From positions 42,596,001-42,660,000 of the forward strand of contig NC_045697.1 in NCBI RefSeq assembly GCF_009834535.1: a stretch of DNA of 64,000 nucleotides. Direction: 5' to 3'. Source of the stretch: Camelus ferus (lineage: Eukaryota). Under the pieces are notes generated by a model, which searched no databases, was not told the origin of the DNA, and was given only the letters and a program-made list of their open reading frames with translations. The translations under genes and the position numbers were made by a program. This document shows, one piece after another, positions 14,106 to 27,915 of the stretch (the stretch's first letter is position 1; each line of letters begins with the position of its first letter).

Positions 14106-15767
14106 GTAAAACCTTACAATTTAAGACTCTATTTTCAGTGTCTGCTCAGTCTTTTCAGCAAAAGAAATGATGTAGTTTGGGGTTATGGGAAAAAAGAAAT
14201 CAACCAATCACTTATTTAATCTTAGCTTTAATCACTTCTTTTTATTCCTGTTCTGTCAGGAGGGTACAAAGTGAATTTAGCATTAGATTGGGACATGGAA
14301 GCTGCAAATGTGGAGTCAGTGGTTAGATGTGAAGAATAAATCCACTCTTTAGTAAAGGGTGAGGAGTTTAAATGAGCTAATTAACATCTTCCTAAAGTAT
14401 AAACTCTCCTTGCTTAATTATATTTTTGGCTTTCCTTATTAGTAACTCCAGTGTTATTATTAATGTAGTTAATAACAAGAATAATTATGCAGATTGAATG
14501 AATACCTTACAAATGTATGTATAAAACAAATTAGTCAGTCTAAAAATCTTTCAGTAGCCTCCTCTTTCATCTCAAATGTTTGGTGCAGATACTGGCAAAA
14601 TGGCTGATTATAAGTTTATTAGGAAGAAGATACTTATGTCTCACTAGTTGCTTCCAGACCATTAAATATTTTTAAATCATTTGATCTACTGTAAACCAGC
14701 ACTATTTTGTAAACTTTTTATTTTTAATGCCAGTTTGACCTAGTTGCCATTACTTAATACTAGGCAACCCTCAAGAATATAACTTTGCATGTATATCCTA
14801 ATTTGCAAATGAGGATATATGAAAGTTAATGAAATAACCATTTCCCATTACTAATTGATGAAATCCTTTGAGAATGCAGATTGACCAGATAGTATCAAGA
14901 GCCTTAAAAATGTTGATATTCTTTGACACAATAATTTCACTTGTGGTTGTTGATCCTAAAGATAAAATTCTAAATGTGGACAAAATTTTATGTATGTTAG
15001 TGCTTCTGTATTCTGATTTCTACTAGCTGTCCCACTCTCCACTCCCCAAAGCCATGGTTGGCTCCTCATGGCCATTAAAAGCATACCTATGGTGAGTTTA
15101 TACTACCATGGAGAGCCATGTACACAACACTCATAAGTGGGAGGAAAAAAAAGGTTACAATATTCTGTGTATGGCATGAAAATAATTGTTAAAATGAAAC
15201 TTTCCACATTTAGTTTAAAGAAATTAAGATTGTTTTCAAAAGTTGTTAGACTCTCAGCTTTACTTAAGTGTACTCTAATGAGAGTATCTGACTTAATTAA
15301 TGAAATAAAGATAAACTCTTGCAAATCTTCCCAAGGAATTCACTTTTAAAGTTGTTAACAGAAAATTTCTTAGAAAAGAAATGGTTAATATGTTTTTTGA
15401 TTGTAAACAGTGAAACTTTTATCATCTTAGAACCTTAGGGAACTTTAGAGATATTTAATCTAATCCTTTAATGTTATATAGTCTTTCTACCAAAGATTAG
15501 TAATTACCTAAAATAACACTGTTACTGGCAAAATCAGTATTTATCAGGTCTTCTGAGTATAGATAATAATTTATTTCAAGTATAGTGTAATGCCTTATAA
15601 TAAAATTAATGGACTTAATAAAAATAGTTTGTTTTTATATAGGAATAATGTAAGAAGAAATTTCTTGTGGTACTCTATACATTCATTTATTGCATATAAA
15701 ACTGAAAATGTCTGTATTAAATTTGAAAATACAAGAGAAAATATTTGCTAAATCACACTTTTCCTAG

Positions 15768-15934
15768 GTTGGAACAAGCAAAAGAGGCAGAATCCAAAGA
15801 TGCCTTGAAAGACCTGGTTAATCTGATAACTTCCCTAACAACGTATGGTGTCAGTGAACTAAAACCAGCTGGTATTACCACAGGGGCACCCTTTTTATTG
15901 CCTGGATTTGCAGTACCTCAGCCAGCAGGCAAAG
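15768..15934 (+). CDS. WDFY3: WDFY3 exon E, 167 nt, phase 2>1 (LEQAKEAESKD...PQPAGK)
   Basis: ttcctag|G ... AAG|gtgagt; ORF 15745..15981. Confidence 0.97.
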
Positions 15935-16169
15935 GTGAGTCTTTTTCTTTCCCCCCGATTCTGATCCACTCAAAGAAATAGAGAAAGAATGAATTAGTCT
16001 GACTTTTCTCTTTATTTATGTTATTTGTATAAAGGTAATATACTTTTTCATTAAAGTTGGTGCTTTTTATGGTGTAATTTCTTGAGTGACAGTCTTTAGC
16101 AGATGAAATACTTTAAAATAATATAGAAGTATCATAAAATCAGTGGAATTTATATTTTATTTTATTTTC

Positions 16170-16311
16170 ACTTTGTTTGTTTGTTTATTTATTGAAGGGG
16201 AGGTAATTAGGTTTCTTCATTTATTTTTTTTTAGAGGAGGTAGTGGGGATTGAACCTAGGACCTCCTGCATGCTAAGCATGTGCTCTACACTTGAGCTAT
16301 ACCTTCCCCCC
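16170..16311 (-). mobile_element. tRNA-derived SINE (camelid Vic-1-like)
   Basis: Reverse complement reads gggg..ggtatagctcaagtgtagagcacatgcttagcatgcaggaggtcctaggttcaatcccc (A and B boxes), then acctaattacctcccc and an A-rich tail. Confidence 0.88.
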
Positions 16312-17504
16312 TAAAATTTGCATTTTAGTATTTTATTTTAACATTCCAACATTTTAATAATCCAGACATACCTCTTTTGAATGTTGACACACCACCCATT
16401 TCCACTTTCTGCAGATGGAGCTTGATTCACACTCTGATCTCTATGCCTGTCTTTACATAAGATGTATATAGAAAGCACAGGTGCAAATGCTTATATTTTA
16501 TTTAAAACTAAACAGACCTAGGTACAGAGAAGTTACATTACAGGAAATGAATTTTATGGTTCAGATTTTCTAACTTTGGCTTTCAGTGAATGATCTTTTA
16601 CTAAGAAAACTTCTTGTGTAATTAATAACATTTAACTATGGGAGAGTACAAGCTAGTTTTACTGTTTATTTAATCTTTTTAATGCACAATAACCATTCTG
16701 AAAATACCCGAGTGCAGAGGCCTCTAATAATTTCTTTCACATTATTGTTACTTACTAAATATTCAATAGAGTTATGATACTTGCATGTAAAATTTAATAT
16801 CAACATGTCTGGTTATTTAAATTTCACAGCACTTTATCTGTGTATTTTACGACAGAAGTCAGCAGCTATAAATGTTTAAGTCACTGAGAATAAATAGATA
16901 TACTAGAATATCCTAAATTTATTTTGCTGGAGAAAATTATACTGAAAAATTACAACTTAGATTGAAGTTATCAAAACTACTTCTATAAGATGTACCTTCA
17001 CTGTATAGGTTATACAGAACTTTTTAAATAAGTGAAATCCAAGAATATTTTACTGAGCAGTTCAAGGCTTCATTTTATTTAATATTAAAGAAAAAATATT
17101 AAATGAACTCTTCTAATTTATAGGCTCTAGCTTGAGTATTCCACAGTTAACTCTTCCTGTGAGTTAATGTAAAAATAGCTCAGCAATGTACTTCCTATTT
17201 TGGACTTTGTTTCATTTGGCTAATCAATCTGATTGTGACACTGGGAAAAAATTTAGTTACAGTAGTGTAATTTTTTGTAATGAGAGATTTAATGCAGCTA
17301 AATTAATCTTTCTTATATGTCTGCCTAACTTTGTACCATCTATAACATGGATAATAAATATATAACCTAGCACCTTTGAGAATCCAGTGACATCATGTCT
17401 ATGAAAGCAAGGTTAACTAGAAAGGATGCTATCCTAAGAGTCAGAATTCAGGTGATTGTGAGTGACCTAACCTTGATATTATCAGTTTCTTTTTCAGAAA
17501 CATC

Positions 17505-19040
17505 AGTGCCCTTTGCCCTGGCAACCACTGATGGGCTTTGATTTTGCTCTTTGTAAAATTTCATAAACTAGAGTCATACAGTATGTAGTTTCTTGTATCT
17601 CGCTTTTTTCACTTTCAAGATTCATCCATGTTCTTGTATGTATCTGAAGTTTGTTTCTTCTTCATGCTGTATAGAATTTCATTGTTTAGATATCCTGAAA
17701 TTTGTTTATCTGCTCACCAGTTGTTTAACTAGCATGAATAAAACTACTCGGAACATTGATATAAAACAAGTCTTTGTGTGGACTATATGTTTTCATTTCT
17801 TTGGGGTAAATACCAAGCAGTACAATTGCTGACTCATATGCTAAATATATGTTAAACTTTATAAAAAACTGCCAAATGTATTTTCTAAAGTGGCTGTCCC
17901 ATTTTTGCATTTGCATCAGCAATGTATGAAAGTTTGCTTTACATCCTCAGAAACACTTAGTGGTGTTAATATTTAATTTTAAATACTCGAGTAAGTGTAT
18001 AATAGTATCTAACTGTGTTTTTTAATGTTCATTTTTCTGAATTATTTCAAGCATCTTTTCATGTGCTTATTTTCTGTCTGTATCTCTACTTTGTGTCAGA
18101 TCTCTGTGCCCAATGCTTGATAGGGTTGTTTGTTTTATTGGAATTTTAAGAGTTCTTTCACTATTCTACATAAGTCCTTTGTAAGATATGTATACATTTT
18201 GTAAATGTATTCTCCTAGTCTTGATGTGCCTCTTCTTTTCTTGGTAGTATCTGTTGAAGAACATAAGTTTTTAATTTTGATGAAGTCCAGTTTATCACTT
18301 TTAAAGTATTTTGTGGGTTTTGGCCCATATTGAAGAAATCTTACTTAACCCCAATTCACTAAGATCTTCTCTTGTTTTCTTCTAGCAGTTTTATATCTTA
18401 ACTCTTACAGTAAGTTCTACGATATAGTTTAAGTTAATTTTTGTATATAGTAGAAAGTAAAGTTTGTTGGGTTTTTCTTTCCAATATGGATATCCACATG
18501 TGCTAGAGCCCTTTGTTGAAAACACCATGTGTAACCGTGTATCTGAGACTCTTTGCAGTTATACTTCATTAATTAATGTGTCTAACTTTAAACCAATACT
18601 ACATGGTCTTGATTACTTTATCTTTAAAGTAAGTCTTGAAATAGTCATTTAAGTTGTCCAATTTTGTTCTTCCTTTTCAAAACTATTTTGGATATTCTAG
18701 GTCCTTGGAACTTCTGTATAAATTTAATAATCTTCATGTCAATCATTGAAAACAAAAAAATCCTGCTGAGATACTGAGTGGAAGTACACTGAACCTGTAG
18801 ATCAGTTTGGGGAGAATTGACATCGTAACAATATTGAATCCTCCAATTCATGAGTTCCATTTACTTAGGTCCTACTATTTTCTCTCAAAAATGTTTTAAT
18901 AATGTCCATTGTATAGAACTTTCAGTTCCTTTGTTAAATTTGTCCTTAAGTATTTTATTCTTTTTGATACTGTTAGTGAATAAAATTGTTTTCTTAATCT
19001 GTTTTGGATTGCTTCTTGCTTGTGTATAGAAATGCAAAAG
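17505..19040 (-). mobile_element. Old L1M fragment (decayed ORF2 3' part and 3' UTR)
   Basis: Minus-strand peptides YESAIVLLGIYPKEMKTY and NWRIQYCYDVNSPQTDLQVQC are L1-derived. Confidence 0.88.
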
Positions 19041-20585
19041 ATGATGGACTATTGTACAGGAATGGAGATTAGGAAATACAGTTGTGATGATGCTGTGTTT
19101 AGCACTGATAGAACGAGGCAGTGAGAGTCCTCTACAGATTTTAACTCTTTGGTCTGGACTGTTTATAAGTTAAAGCTGTATATGTCTGATATATTTGACA
19201 GTCTTTATTTTACTTTTTGTCAATTATTTGTTCAGGGTACTTTGGGAAACATTTTCTTTGACTTCACTGGTTTCCCTTTCAACATCTATGAAAAGGAAAT
19301 TATTGTTATCAAGGAATTTTTACCCATTCATTGATAATTACATTTAAAAGGGAAAACATGAATATATTTACCTCATGTTGTTGTATACATAGATATAGTT
19401 TACCTACCTTATTTTTACTGCTGATTTTAGATCAAGTGAAACAGCACAGAAATATAAAATTTAAAATAAAAAGTAAACTGAGTTAAGTGAAGCTGGTAAA
19501 TGTATGTATCTGTATATGTTAAAGCTTGAAAAATGACTTCTGTTTCTGTGTTATATAGCAAAAGCTTTTATAAAACTTTGTATCCTCACTAGTAGGGAGA
19601 TTTTTCTAAAGAAGGAAGTTAAAGAAAAATGTAGCAATCCTTCTGTTTAATAGCAACTCCATAGTGATTCTTTACCTTAACTGTTCTACAAACATCTTTG
19701 CAAGGTGGTACTCCGTAATTCATAGCTCTCCATTGCTTCCAAATTTATTCGCTAAACACAGGGAGTGTTTTTCATGTATTTTTAATAGAGAATGTACCTC
19801 TTCATAAGAAAAGACCATACCTGTCTTTTTCAGAACTCTTCTGTGACTTCACCTTTATAAACATTTTCTTGTAGCACATTAATTCTCATAAAACTTTAAC
19901 CAATATAAAAAGATAATGTGTTTTTCTTTTTTTGTATTTTTGTTCATGCTACTGACTGAAGTGTTGTTCCTCATGGGCTTACTTTGAAGAGCCCTTTATC
20001 TGTTCTGGTTCCCTTTATTCTGGATGCAGATGTGTCCAGGCCTGACGTTCAGCAGACTTGCAGGGGTGTAACACTGCAGGTTGTTTATAGTCAGCCTCCA
20101 TTCCAACTGGTCACTCACATGTGTAATTCATTTATTATTTTCTGTCTTACGCTTCCTAAACATTTATTGGCTCCTCCCTCCTTTACTAGCCCTACTGCCA
20201 CTTGGTTGAGGCTCTGTAGATCACTCACCTGGATTATTACCATAGGTGTCTTTGTAACTGTTCACCTTTCTGTTCCTCTGTACTCCTCAGGGCCATTCTC
20301 TGCAGTGTTGCGTGGAATTCTGAAAATAAGAAAGCTCTGTTCTTTGTTGTGTATGTGTTTATTCTTCTAAACCTTAGAATAATTCTTTTCTTTCTGCTTT
20401 TATGGTCTTGAGAGTAATGGGATCGTGATTGTCATCTTTTAGAATAATTTCCTCACTTTACCCTCATTTCTTTTAGTTATTTCTGTGCTAAACAAATGAA
20501 AGTCAGTTAATACAAATTTTGATACTTATACAGGGTACATCTGTTTACTTAAAATATTAGAGCATTAAGTATCAGTATTCCTGTC

Positions 20586-20592
<7 letters not shown>

Positions 20593-20626
<34 letters not shown>
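20593..20626. repeat. (TG)17 microsatellite
   Basis: Read directly. Confidence 0.97.
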
Positions 20627-20630
<4 letters not shown>

Positions 20631-22650
20631 GCATGCAGTCTTTTAATTATCCTTTAGGTTTAATTATTATTCTCCCTTTCCAATTGAACATTGTAGGAAC
20701 TGAATGGCAATGACAGTCCTCAATAACTACTCCTGATAATACCAGCACTTACAATGCACTTCAAATGCATATGCTGCTAATTTTGATATTATTACAACTC
20801 AGCCATTCTTTTAGATACTTTTTCCTGACAGAAGTCCAAATTACTAGATTCTGTTTAGCTTCATTGTATATAAGGTGTACTAAATTTGGAAATAATATTA
20901 CAAACAGAAAATATCTTTTTCTGAATTAGTCACAGGAAATGATTGAATTTTACGCGCAGTATAAGACTGGTTATTCATTTGGTTAAAATGCTCTGCTCTT
21001 GAAGCTGGTCATGGAGACCAGTTAGTCTTGATGTTCCTCGGTCATTTACTGTGATCAGCTTACTTTAACTATTTGCTAACGGCCTCTTGATGAATTGGAT
21101 AACAAGGGGGATTCAGGATGACTCAGAGCAGATTCATTGCTGTAAGTAAAAAGAAATTACTGACAGCCAAATGTTCTATTGACCGTTCTAGTGTTACCTT
21201 TATTTGCAAGGATTACCACATTCTACTGGCTTTTAATTGTGTGTGTATTTGTACACATTGTGTTTGATTCAGCTCTTTGTGGTGGATAATTTGTTCTTGG
21301 GGTTGCTTGTTAATATGTCTTATCTTTTGTCAGTGACATTACTTAAAACCAGATAATAAAGATGAAACTTGGGAAAATGTCAATTTTTCCATGTTGCCCT
21401 AAATTCAGCTCTTTTTAACTCCTTTATGGTGAGAATTGGTATCGTCACTTAGTTGAAAGATGCAAGTTATTGATTAGAGTTATTCTTTAACCTTGTCATG
21501 TGTAGTCAGTCTTTCACATTTGTATGTTCATCAGTCTATCTAAGCTTGTTCTTTGATTACCTGCAGGTAATAAAAAGTAGAGATGTCCTCAGAAAGAACA
21601 AGCATACTATTAATAAGTAACTGGAAGTAAAGATTTGGCATGTGTCACACATGGAATAAATTTATATGTTATAAACGAACAGAAAGTTGAAATCGTATAT
21701 AGACTGAAGATTTTTTAAAATCTTGGCATTTTTCAGATAATGTACAAGCCAGAATTTCTAACCAGTCTTTCTAACCCATTTAATATTTTTCCTAGTTCTG
21801 TATTTATCCTTCCTAAAATCCAGCTTATTCTGTAAGGCTCTATTTTTTGGTCACTCCTGCAAATGCCTGTACTCCTAATGGTTGTGAACCTGGTGACAAT
21901 TTTTATAGGTAGATGCTTGTTTTCATTTGCCTCAAATACTTTCTGTGTTAATATCTTTATAATTATTGTCACTAATTTGCCTCCCAAGAGCCAGTGTATA
22001 CAGATTTTTGTTTTGTCCAGTTTGTGTGTTCAAAAATCAGATATTTATAAATATAGCTAGTAACTGGCCATAACCTGTTTTAACAAATGCATCTGTAAAG
22101 AAATTGCACTTTTAACTTGAAAACAAAATAAATTTCCAAATTAAAATTTATGAAAATTCTAGTAATTAAAATGGGACAGCTGGAACTTAGAGAAGTTTTT
22201 TCTCCTCGTGTTTTCCTGGTTCCATTCTTGCTGCTTTCAGGCCTGTTACCTCTTCAGCCTCGAAGTCATTTCAGATTGAGAGGTCACTGGTCTTATAGTC
22301 AAGATCAATCTTACAGATAATAAAAAGCGACAGTCCTGCACATTTCCAAACTCTGAAGCATAGGCCTATGTAATACCCTTTATTGTTTCTAAAACATGTA
22401 ATGTTTCAATATATACAATTCTTGAATCAGAATATTCATAAAGCTGCATTAAAAGCTTGATCAGTTTTGTTCTTTATTTTTAATTAAATGACTGAAACTG
22501 ATGAAGAAAAAGAAGACCTTTTGTGAAAACAGGATGTGTTCTCAAATAGTTGATAAATGTCACAATTCATGATCTGTTTAAATAGACCAAGTTTGCCATG
22601 AATAAAATATCACATAGCACCTACTTTTGTGTTCTTGTTTTCTGTTTTAG

Positions 22651-23118
22651 GTCACAGTGTGAGAAACGTCCACGCCTTTGCTGTTCTTCAGAACGCATTT
22701 TTAAAAGCAAAAACCAACTTCCTTGCCCAAATCATTCTTGATGCCATCACAAATATCTACATGGCCGACAATGCCAATTATTTCATCCTCGAGTCACAGC
22801 ACACACTGTCACAGTTTGCAGAAAAGATTTCAAAACTCCCGGAAGTACAAAACAAATACTTCGAGATGCTGGAGTTTGTCGTTTTTAGCTTAAATTATAT
22901 CCCTTGTAAAGAACTTATTAGTGTTAGCATCCTTTTAAAATCTAGCTCCTCTTATCACTGTAGCATTATTGCAATGAAAACACTTCTTAAGTTTACACGA
23001 CATGACTACATATTTAAAGATGTGTTCAGGGAGGTGGGCCTTCTGGAGGTCATGGTAAACCTTTTGCACAAATATGCTGCCCTCTTGAAGGATCCAACTC
23101 AGGCACTAAATGAACAAG
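22651..23118 (+). CDS. WDFY3: WDFY3 exon F, 468 nt, phase 1>1 (GHSVRNVHAF...PTQALNEQ)
   Basis: ttttag|GT ... AAG|gtaaag; ORF 22629..23201. Confidence 0.98.
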
Positions 23119-24037
23119 GTAAAGCATTTTCCATAATTTTACTTTTATTTGACAGAGGGGTTTGGACAGAGTGTTTTGTTCATGTTTTGCCTTTCATTTG
23201 ATTATTGATTTGAATTACTTAGTAATGTGCATTATTGTGAAATCCTTGTGAATATTTCTTAGAATTAACTTGTTCATTCAGCCTCTATTAGGGAATTAGG
23301 GAAAGGCAATGGGGGCCGGGACAGGAGGTCAGGGGATAGAAATATGTTTTGGTGGATGAGAATTTAAGGTAAAAACTGAGGAAAACATTTATGATCCACA
23401 TGACTAGTGCCTACTACTTTCTATTTCTAAGAGGGAATTTAAAAAGCTTCTGGAAACAATTAGGGTGTGTCAGTCTCAAAATGTTTTTGTTAATTATGGA
23501 GCGCAAATAAATATATCTTCTTAGTGATATTATTTATACACATATGTATTATCATTAGATACCTTAAATTTGGTGTTTTTCATCCTTTCTGATAAATCTG
23601 ATAAAAGCATAGTAGTATCTGGCACTTAGTATTAAATGTGTTGAATGGGTTAATACAAGTTGAATAGATAGCATTATCCATAAACTTTTCTTTCTTCTTG
23701 GTGCCTTAGAATCTAGCATTCTCCTTTTGACCTCCTTGATTAGCAAAGCCCCTGTGAGAATGAGAAGGATACACTTTACTTTGATTGACATTTTCCTTTC
23801 TAATAGTTGTTAGATATCTATAGCTTTCTAGCCACTCCAAAATAAAATTTGTAAACGTTGATTTTGACTTTACTTTTGGTAGTTGGTAGATATGTGTATC
23901 ATTTTTAAAGGTTGTATTATATCAATTGTTTTAGGGAATATTAAGGAAATTTTTTGTAATTATTAAAACAAAACTGAATCCAGGAAAAAAATAAGCTTGT
24001 AACTTTTGTGATACGGACCTTTTATTCTTTCTCTTAG

Positions 24038-24139
24038 GAGACTCAAAAAATAATAGTTCAATTGAAGACCAAAAACATCTGGCTTTGTTGGTTATGGAGA
24101 CCTTGACAGTGCTTCTCCAAGGATCAAACACAAATGCAG
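24038..24139 (+). CDS. WDFY3: WDFY3 exon G, 102 nt, phase 1>1 (GDSKNNSSIEDQ...GSNTNA)
   Basis: ctcttag|GA ... CAG|gtaata. Confidence 0.95.
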
Positions 24140-25969
24140 GTAATAGAAAAGCTTCTAGCAAATGCTTTTAGAGGTTATTACCTCTGTTATGTCTTCTCTA
24201 ATGATTCTTGCTCCTGAGATGCTCCTGTTAGTTAAAGAAAAAGCTATTAATTTGATAATGGTACTCTCATATCTCTAGAAATGCAATACTTTTGACTTTA
24301 AATTTATGAATGACAAAATATATAACGTTATTACTTCAAAATATATTCTTATATTTTATTGCTTTTTATAGTGTGCCTTGTATTTGAAGTATTCTATTTT
24401 TTTACTTATATAGTGCTGACTCTGTCGAATAACTTTGCTTATTTAAATGTTTTCTGAAACATTTGCTTCACATGATGATTTTCTTAATTATTTAGTAATT
24501 TAAGTTAGAGTATTATAATGTTACAACGTTTGGGAAATACTGAAAAATGATTCTCTAATAAAATTTGCCTCTCCCAGGTGAAATGGATTCATTAAACTTT
24601 TACTTTATCTTTAATCTCACCTTCTCTTCAGTCCTTTTCTACCTGTCATTAATAGACAGTCCAACTATATTTATGAACTATCACTCTTGGTTTAAAAAAA
24701 AATTACTTAATATTTTAGCAATGTCAAAAACCTCTCAGTCAACAATGTCAATACAACTTGAAAGGTGAGCTCAGATGAGCAGCTGGGTTCAGATCATATA
24801 GAGCTTTTTAGGCCATGCTAAGGAACTTGAATTGTATTTTAAGTGTTATGGGAAGCCAAGAATGAATGGATGGATGAACAAATGAACAAATGAACAAGCT
24901 AGCAAACACACAAATGCATGCACATTTATTTGCCTGAATACAGAGGAACTCAATATGCAACATATTTAAAATATTTTGTGTGTCCCAGACACCAGGCTTG
25001 GTGTTGAAGATGAAAAATAATTCTTGCCCCAAAGGAATTACAACCTGCTGAGGAAAGATGTAGACAGGTAGTTGTATAAATAATTATTGAAATACAGTTT
25101 TGGCAAATGCCAAGACAGAGTTGAATGAATTTGGTAGATAAGTCAAACAATAGGTATGATGAAGTTTAATGGGGGTGATATTAACAGTTTATCTGTAGTA
25201 TCATAATCTCCTTATTTCCACTAACGAGGTTTAGTTGGCTGAGATAGTCAGAAACATAATAAGGATATACTAACAAGAATTTACTTGGCAAATTAGCTTT
25301 TGATATGACATGACATAGAGTTACACAGGAAGAGACTGAACAGTTCTACTGATGTAGGAGAGTGGAGAGCTTACTCTGTAAGACCAGAAGTCACTTAATC
25401 CATCTCCCAGAGTACCAGACATTTTCAGAGTTCTTTTCTTATCGACTATCTTTTCCTTGTTAGGAAAGATGTTATTACTTGTGTAGTCTCAGGCACATAA
25501 AATAGTGCTTTGCTCATAGTAGTCAAAAACCCTTAGCCATTATGATTATCTAATGGGCACTACCTGGCAACCAGGAAGTAAGTAAACATGGCCTTCCATG
25601 TGCTAAACCTTAGCACATGACTCACACTCACTTCAAGGTTATATAATTCTCATATAAAGTTAGTAAATAGAAACTCACTAAATAGAACAGTGGCCACTGC
25701 CTCAAAATACACTGACATTTATTCATTCAGGAAACATTTACTGAAACACAAATCAGAGGGAAATCCAATTTTAATGGGGGACCAAACATATAAACACATA
25801 ATATTAAGACTGTTTGATGTAAACTGTTGCAGTAATGGCATATGCAAGGTACTCTAAAGGCATAAAGGACAGAACGATTACTTTGGAGAAAATACTGATT
25901 GCTAACTTAGATCACTTGGTCCATATATTTTTAATACTTGGGGACAGTATGTGATGTGAGAAGTGTCAT

Positions 25970-26150
25970 TCGTGGTCAGGAGCACAGGCTGTAGAATGGG
26001 GCTATGCAGGCATAAAACCTGCCTGGCTGCTTGCTGCCTGTGTGACTGACCGTGGCCACGTTACTCAAATCGGTACATCTCATGTGCTCATCTCTACAGG
26101 AGGGGATGAGGATTAAATAAATCAATCTATATGAAGCCTTTGGAACAGGA
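25970..26150 (+). mobile_element. MIR SINE relic
   Basis: gccacgttactcaa...ctcatctctacaggaggggatgaggattaaat. Confidence 0.6.
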
Positions 26151-26685
26151 CAATGTCTGATGCTTTCTGTCACAGAGTTTGTCTTTGTTAGTGTGCTCTA
26201 CCAACTGAAAAGTTTGGTTCCTTGTAAATTTTTTCATCGTGGAATCACTTACTCCATTCTTTTCTTGCCACTATTTTGGAAGCCTTGTTCAGTTTAAAAA
26301 CATTTATCTGGGATATTGTTCATCTGAAAGCCTTTCACTAAATTGATTTCACATATTGTTCATTAAAGCCCCTACAGAAAAATATTGGTCTCTGGTATCT
26401 ACCTATGGAATTTCTGAATGTTCTCGCTTTGGAGAATTTGGACATGATGAACATATCAGGGCATCCCAGCATCAAGAAAATCTAGAGAAAAATTTGTATA
26501 CGCCTTTACTGACATCCCACAGTGCAATTTTGTATTGTAATTTAAAAGGTGAAATAGTTGGGTAGTTTTCAATGTGCATTCTTTTGAGTTACTCTTTCTG
26601 CAGAAAGATCAGATTTTAATTCGTCTGGCCTGTCTCAGAATGTCTTGAGTTAGCCCATGTTGTTCTTTTTTCTCCCTCCTTCAAG

Positions 26686-26879
26686 GAATTTTTCGAGAAT
26701 TTGGAGGTGCAAGATGCGTGCATAATATAGTGAGATACCCTCAGTGTCGGCAGCATGCCCTGATGATTATCCAACAGTTGGTGCTCTCCCCGAACGGGGA
26801 CGATGACATGGGCACTCTCCTGGGGTTGATGCATTCAGCTCCCCCAACAGAATTGCAGCTGAAGACTGACATTTTAAGA
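26686..26879 (+). CDS. WDFY3: WDFY3 exon H, 194 nt, phase 1>0 (GIFREFGGARC...LKTDILR)
   Basis: ccttcaag|GA ... AGA|gtaagt; ORF 26718..26942. Confidence 0.96.
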
Positions 26880-27531
26880 GTAAGTTTGATAAGTGTGCTG
26901 TTTTTACTTTTACTGATAAAATCTGTAGCTATCTTTAAATGACTAAGAACTATTATGAACTATTCTTGCAATTTTTCTTCAAGTCTAAAATTATGTCAAA
27001 ATAATAATAGCAGAAGAAAAGTCAATGGCTTTAACCTGGCCTCCAAGGCCCGCTGGGCATCAACTGACTCTTTTCCGTCTGACTTCCTCTCCTAGGACCC
27101 TCACCCCATTCCTGCCAGACATGACAGGAAGTACAGCTGACTTCTGGAATCATATATTTCTTTAGTAGCTTTTGCTTTACTCAATTTGTTATCAATAATG
27201 AAAAGTTTGCATTCTTTTCTTTATGCTGTTGTATATTTCATCCTGTTTTGAATGTAATGACAGTTTGAATATGTGTTTTCATTTAAAAGCAAGATTAATC
27301 TGACCCCAATATATCTGTTAGACAAAAGGAAATCTACATGTGTGTCAATATTGGGGAGCATTTGTATATTTGAAAGGATTGTTGGGGGGAAAAGTGCCTT
27401 TGAAAGTGGTTAAGGTTGCCAACTTTTTAAACATGTATTTTCCTCTTTTCTTGATATCTTTGTAATTGAATTTGTAAAATGTTGGTAGATAAAGCCAACA
27501 AGAGGTAATGGGCTGACCTGTAATTTTAAGG

Positions 27532-27915
27532 CAGTGTTGTTCTGGTAAATGACTGTGAGACTGGAGGAAGACAAGAGGGGGGTCCTGATGGGCTGCATTT
27601 ACTGATATCCATGGTGTCAGTACTCCCACTGTGACCTACTTCAGGCAGCTGATGTGTTACTGAACGTGGATTGAGGAGATGTACAGTAGCACTCCATTGT
27701 GTACTATCTCAAGAGCACTGATAATAGGATAATATAGAAAATAACTAAGAAGTAATGAGTTTTATTTATTACTTTCATTTTTAAAATAATTTAGTTTTAA
27801 ACTTATAGGACTTAATTTTTACTTAGGCTTATGTTTTAACAACTGGCACGCAAAAGTCTCAAAATATAACAGTTGGCTCTCATGACTAGTTCGAGCTGGC
27901 TCCAGCGTTCCACTG
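27532..27915 (-). mobile_element. Full-length non-autonomous hAT element (MER63-like) with terminal inverted repeats and an 8-bp TSD
   Basis: Ends cagtgttgttctgg ... ccagcgttccactg. Flanks ttttaagg (27524-27531) and ttttgagg (27916-27923). An 8-bp TSD is the hAT signature. Confidence 0.8.

Noticed and set aside
19984..20370. 128-aa ORF
   Set aside because: It overlaps degenerate L2-like sequence, has a non-ATG start and resembles no protein I recognise.
23291..23336. G-quadruplex candidate downstream of exon F
   Set aside because: One loop is 9 nt and such G-runs are common in introns, so there is no independent support.
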